Source: Selaginella moellendorffii | Lineage: Eukaryota; Plantae; Lycopodiophyta | Direction of reading: 5' to 3' | DNA length: 64,000 nt | Assembly (NCBI RefSeq): GCF_000143415.4 | Contig: NW_003314312.1 | Span: 1,045,510 to 1,109,509, forward strand | In this document: one piece after another, positions 61,118 through 64,000 of the stretch | Numbering within the stretch: the first letter of the stretch is position 1 | Layout of the letters: the number at the start of each line of letters is the position of its first letter | Program-made: the position numbers and the translations under genes | The notes under the pieces: model-generated | What the model saw: only the letters and a program-made list of their open reading frames with translations | What the model was told of the DNA's origin: nothing | Database searches by the model: none

Positions 61118-63587
61118 ATGGACCCAGCCACCCAGATCGCTCTTGCAGCGACTCTGGGCAACTTACTCCAGGGCTGGGATAATGGAGCTATCGCAGGTAC
61201 TCGAGAAATCATTCTTTGCTTTCCCATGCCACCTTACTCATCCAGTGTGATCTTTCTTTCCAGGAGCATTACTCTATCTCAAGCCCGAGCTGGGAATACA
61301 AGGGAATCCCATCATTGAAGGCATTGTGGTCGGATCCACGCTCGTCGGGGCTCTCCTCAGCACGATCTTCTCGGGGCCTGGATCAGACTGGCTGGGCCGG
61401 CGAGCTATTCTCATCGTCTCGGGGGTTTTCTACACGGCGAGCTCTGCTATCATGCTGTGGTCGCCGACTGTGCTGGTGCTGATCTTGTCGAGGTTGCTGG
61501 TCGGTTCGGGTCTCGGCATCGCAGTGACAGTGATCCCGATATACATTGCCGAGACTGCTCCTCCTGAGATCCGTGGGACGCTGTCCACGCTGCCGCAATT
61601 CATGGGATCGGTGGGCCTGTTCTTAGCCTATTCGCTCTGCTTCTTCTTCTCGCTCTGGCCGACTCCAAACTGGCGGATAATGCTGGCGCTCCTTATGGCA
61701 CCATCGCTGCTGTTCTTGGCACTGGCGATCCTCTACTTGCCAGAGTCTCCTCGGTGGATGGTGAGCAAAGGAAAGATGCTGGAAGCTAGACTTGTGCTCC
61801 AGAGGCTGAGGAACAAGACGGACATATCAGGTGAATCCTCTTGGTTTTCGTTCTTTGTTTATACTCACAACTTTTCATCTTTCCAGCGGAGTTGGCACTG
61901 TTGGTGGAAGGATTGGGTGTAGGAAGCGGCGGTTCACTGGAAGAATGGGTGCTAGAACCGGCTCCACCGAAGACCAAGAGCAATGGTTCGTCGTTTCTCG
62001 CGAATGGATCCAGCCACGTTTTGTATACACCGGAAGATGGCGGAGTCTCGTGGATCGCCAAACCTCTGCTCGAATCCGATCCGACACACAGTAGCTTCTC
62101 GCAAGCCGGTGGCCAGTCTCCTTTCGTGGACCCCCTGGTAGCACTCATTGGGAACCTCACCAATGTGAGTGTGGCTCCTAGCGGCGATCGCGAGCAAGAA
62201 AACTACGAGTCCGACGTAGAGAAAGGCGGGGGGGATTTAGAAGAAGGTGGCGAAGAAGCGGTGGTGGGAGAGATCGAGGAGCTCTTAACTCCGTTGCTGC
62301 GACGACGTGCGAGCTCAAAGTCTGTGATCACGGCAGGATTCTTGTCCAGGCCGAGCTCCATGCTGGGCGTAACTCACAGCAGCAGCGGCGTGAATGGGAC
62401 TACGGTTGCGAGCCCGGTCGTGAGCGCTGGCATCGGTAGCGGCTGGCAGCTTGCTTGGGAATGGGATAACCAGGAAAGAGGAGGACCATTGTCAGCGACC
62501 AAAAACACCAACAGGGACTTTCGACGTGTTTTTCTTCTCCAAGAGGGTGCTGCTGCTGCCAACAACATCTCTGGGAGTTTCTCTGTATCAGCGCGTTCTC
62601 TGCCGGGCGTGGTCGAAGATGGTGGTGGAAACGCCGTCGTCGATCAGTCGATCCAAGCCGCGGCTTTGATCGGCAGGCCGGCTCAGTCGTTCCAGAACCT
62701 CGTCTCGGACGAGGTGGTCGGGCCGGCGATGGTTCATCCTGTCGAGACAGCCATCAAAGGCCCGGCGTGGTCGGATCTGCTAGAAGTTGGCGTCCGCCGC
62801 GCGCTCGTCGTGGGTGTTCTTCTACAAATTCTCCAACAGGTACGTGGAAAGAAAAAGTTTGGCATACTATCGCGATCATGGATTGTGTATTTGTTTCGCA
62901 GTTCAGTGGGATCAATGCGGTGCTCTACTTCGTTCCCCAGATCCTCCAGCAGTCCGGGGCCGATGAACTTCTAGCACGTCTGGGACTCGGCTCGGCGTCA
63001 GCCTCGATTCTCGCCAGTGGCGTCACCTGCTTGATCATGCTGCCGTGCATCGGCCTGGCGATGCGTCTCATGGACGTGAAAGGAAGAAGGTAAGCCAACT
63101 TTTCATAGTTTCCTTCGAACTCTGTTTCTCGCTCACGCACAGGCAAATACTCCTCGTCACGCTTCCAATCCTCTTCCTCTCGCTGGTCACCATGGTCATC
63201 TCCAGCACTCTCGTCCCGGCTGGGATCCTCCAGGCAGCAGCGTCCTTCGTCGGCGTCACAGTCTACGTTTGCGTTTTCGTGATGGGATTCGGACCCATCC
63301 CAAACATCCTGGGCTCGGAGATCTTCCCGACTCGAGTTCGCGGCCTCTGCATTGGGATGTGCCAGGCCTCGATGTGGACTTGCAACATCATTCTCACCAA
63401 CATGTTCCCGACGCTCCTCGGGGTGCTGGGAATCGGGGGCTTGTTTGGCTGCTTCGCGGTGGTGGTGTTGGCGGCCTGGATCTTCACCCTGTTCAAAGTT
63501 CCCGAGACCAAAGGCATGCCGCTGGAGGTGATCTCCGAGTTCTTTGCGATGGATGCCGCCAGCCAAGATCACTCTTTGAAACTTTGA
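61118..63587 (+). CDS. Tonoplast monosaccharide/sugar transporter (TMT/TST, MFS), spliced
   Basis: GNLLQGWDNGAIAG, DWLGRR, LPESPRWMVSKG, long central loop with GIGSGWQLAW, QILQQFSGINAVLY, PNILGSEIFPTRVRG, KVPETKGMPLEVI. Confidence 0.96.
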
Positions 63588-64000
63588 TCCTGAGAAGCTC
63601 TTTGTATGACTTTGGATTATAGGAGCTGCTTGTAACAACATCACGAAGAATAGTTTCTCTTCTTTTCTTGAGGATTTTACTTATAGAGTCAGTCAACTTT
63701 CATGTTGGCTCGCAAAATCTAGCTTTGCTTGCTCGGACTTTTGAGCGTGGTATTGCTTGGAACTCGTGGAATCCGGCTCTTGGTTGTGGGATCCCAGGTG
63801 CGTTAGAGCTATGGTGGGTGCTTCACCTCTCTCGCCTTCCAAAACTCGCAACACCTACATGCAAAAATGTAAGTTCATGTTTTCCCTTTGTAAGGATCAA
63901 CCTGGCTCATTCTTGACCTCTGCGTGGGTTTTCTTGTCAGGCAAAATGCTGCTGCGTGGACCATTGCTTGGATCTCGTAAAGCTGTGAGGTAAGGTTATT

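Noticed and set aside
63940-64000. Possible first coding exon of the next gene (MLLRGPLLGSRKAVR|gt)
   Set aside because: Too little sequence at the window edge to support a call.

Overview
Eukaryotic plant nuclear DNA. Very short (~50-70 nt) GT-AG introns, tiny intergenic spacers, a nuclear MraY gene and long-insert PLS-type PPR genes suggest a lycophyte, probably Selaginella (inference, not a database match). Gene-dense blocks lie at about 7.5-33.8 kb, 49-52 kb and 59.8-63.6 kb. They contain an SGNH esterase, WOX homeobox, two PPRs, a CAP/PR-1 with an extensin-like N-terminus, FRIGIDA-like, MraY, NOL12/Rrp17, a GH1 beta-glucosidase, ATG1, a C3HC/NIPA-like gene, Fe-SOD, an RBM7-like RRM, F-box-associated and UGT relics, an RBM41-like pseudogene and a tonoplast sugar transporter. 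AT-rich decayed transposon blocks lie at about 1-7 kb, 34-48.8 kb and 52-59 kb. The main observation is absent from the ORF track. A decayed, intron-containing integrase-type DDE transposase gene (split by a younger Ty3/gypsy insertion) is followed on the same strand by a decayed, intron-containing HECT E3 ubiquitin-ligase gene. Together they may form a ubiquitin-ligase-carrying DNA transposon. Other notable items are a WOX gene with mixed clade signatures, an RBM41-like relic, two fold-back hairpins in a copia relic, a templated filler-DNA junction and a 25S rRNA fragment inside a retroelement relic. All translations and alignments were done by eye, so exon boundaries are predictions.
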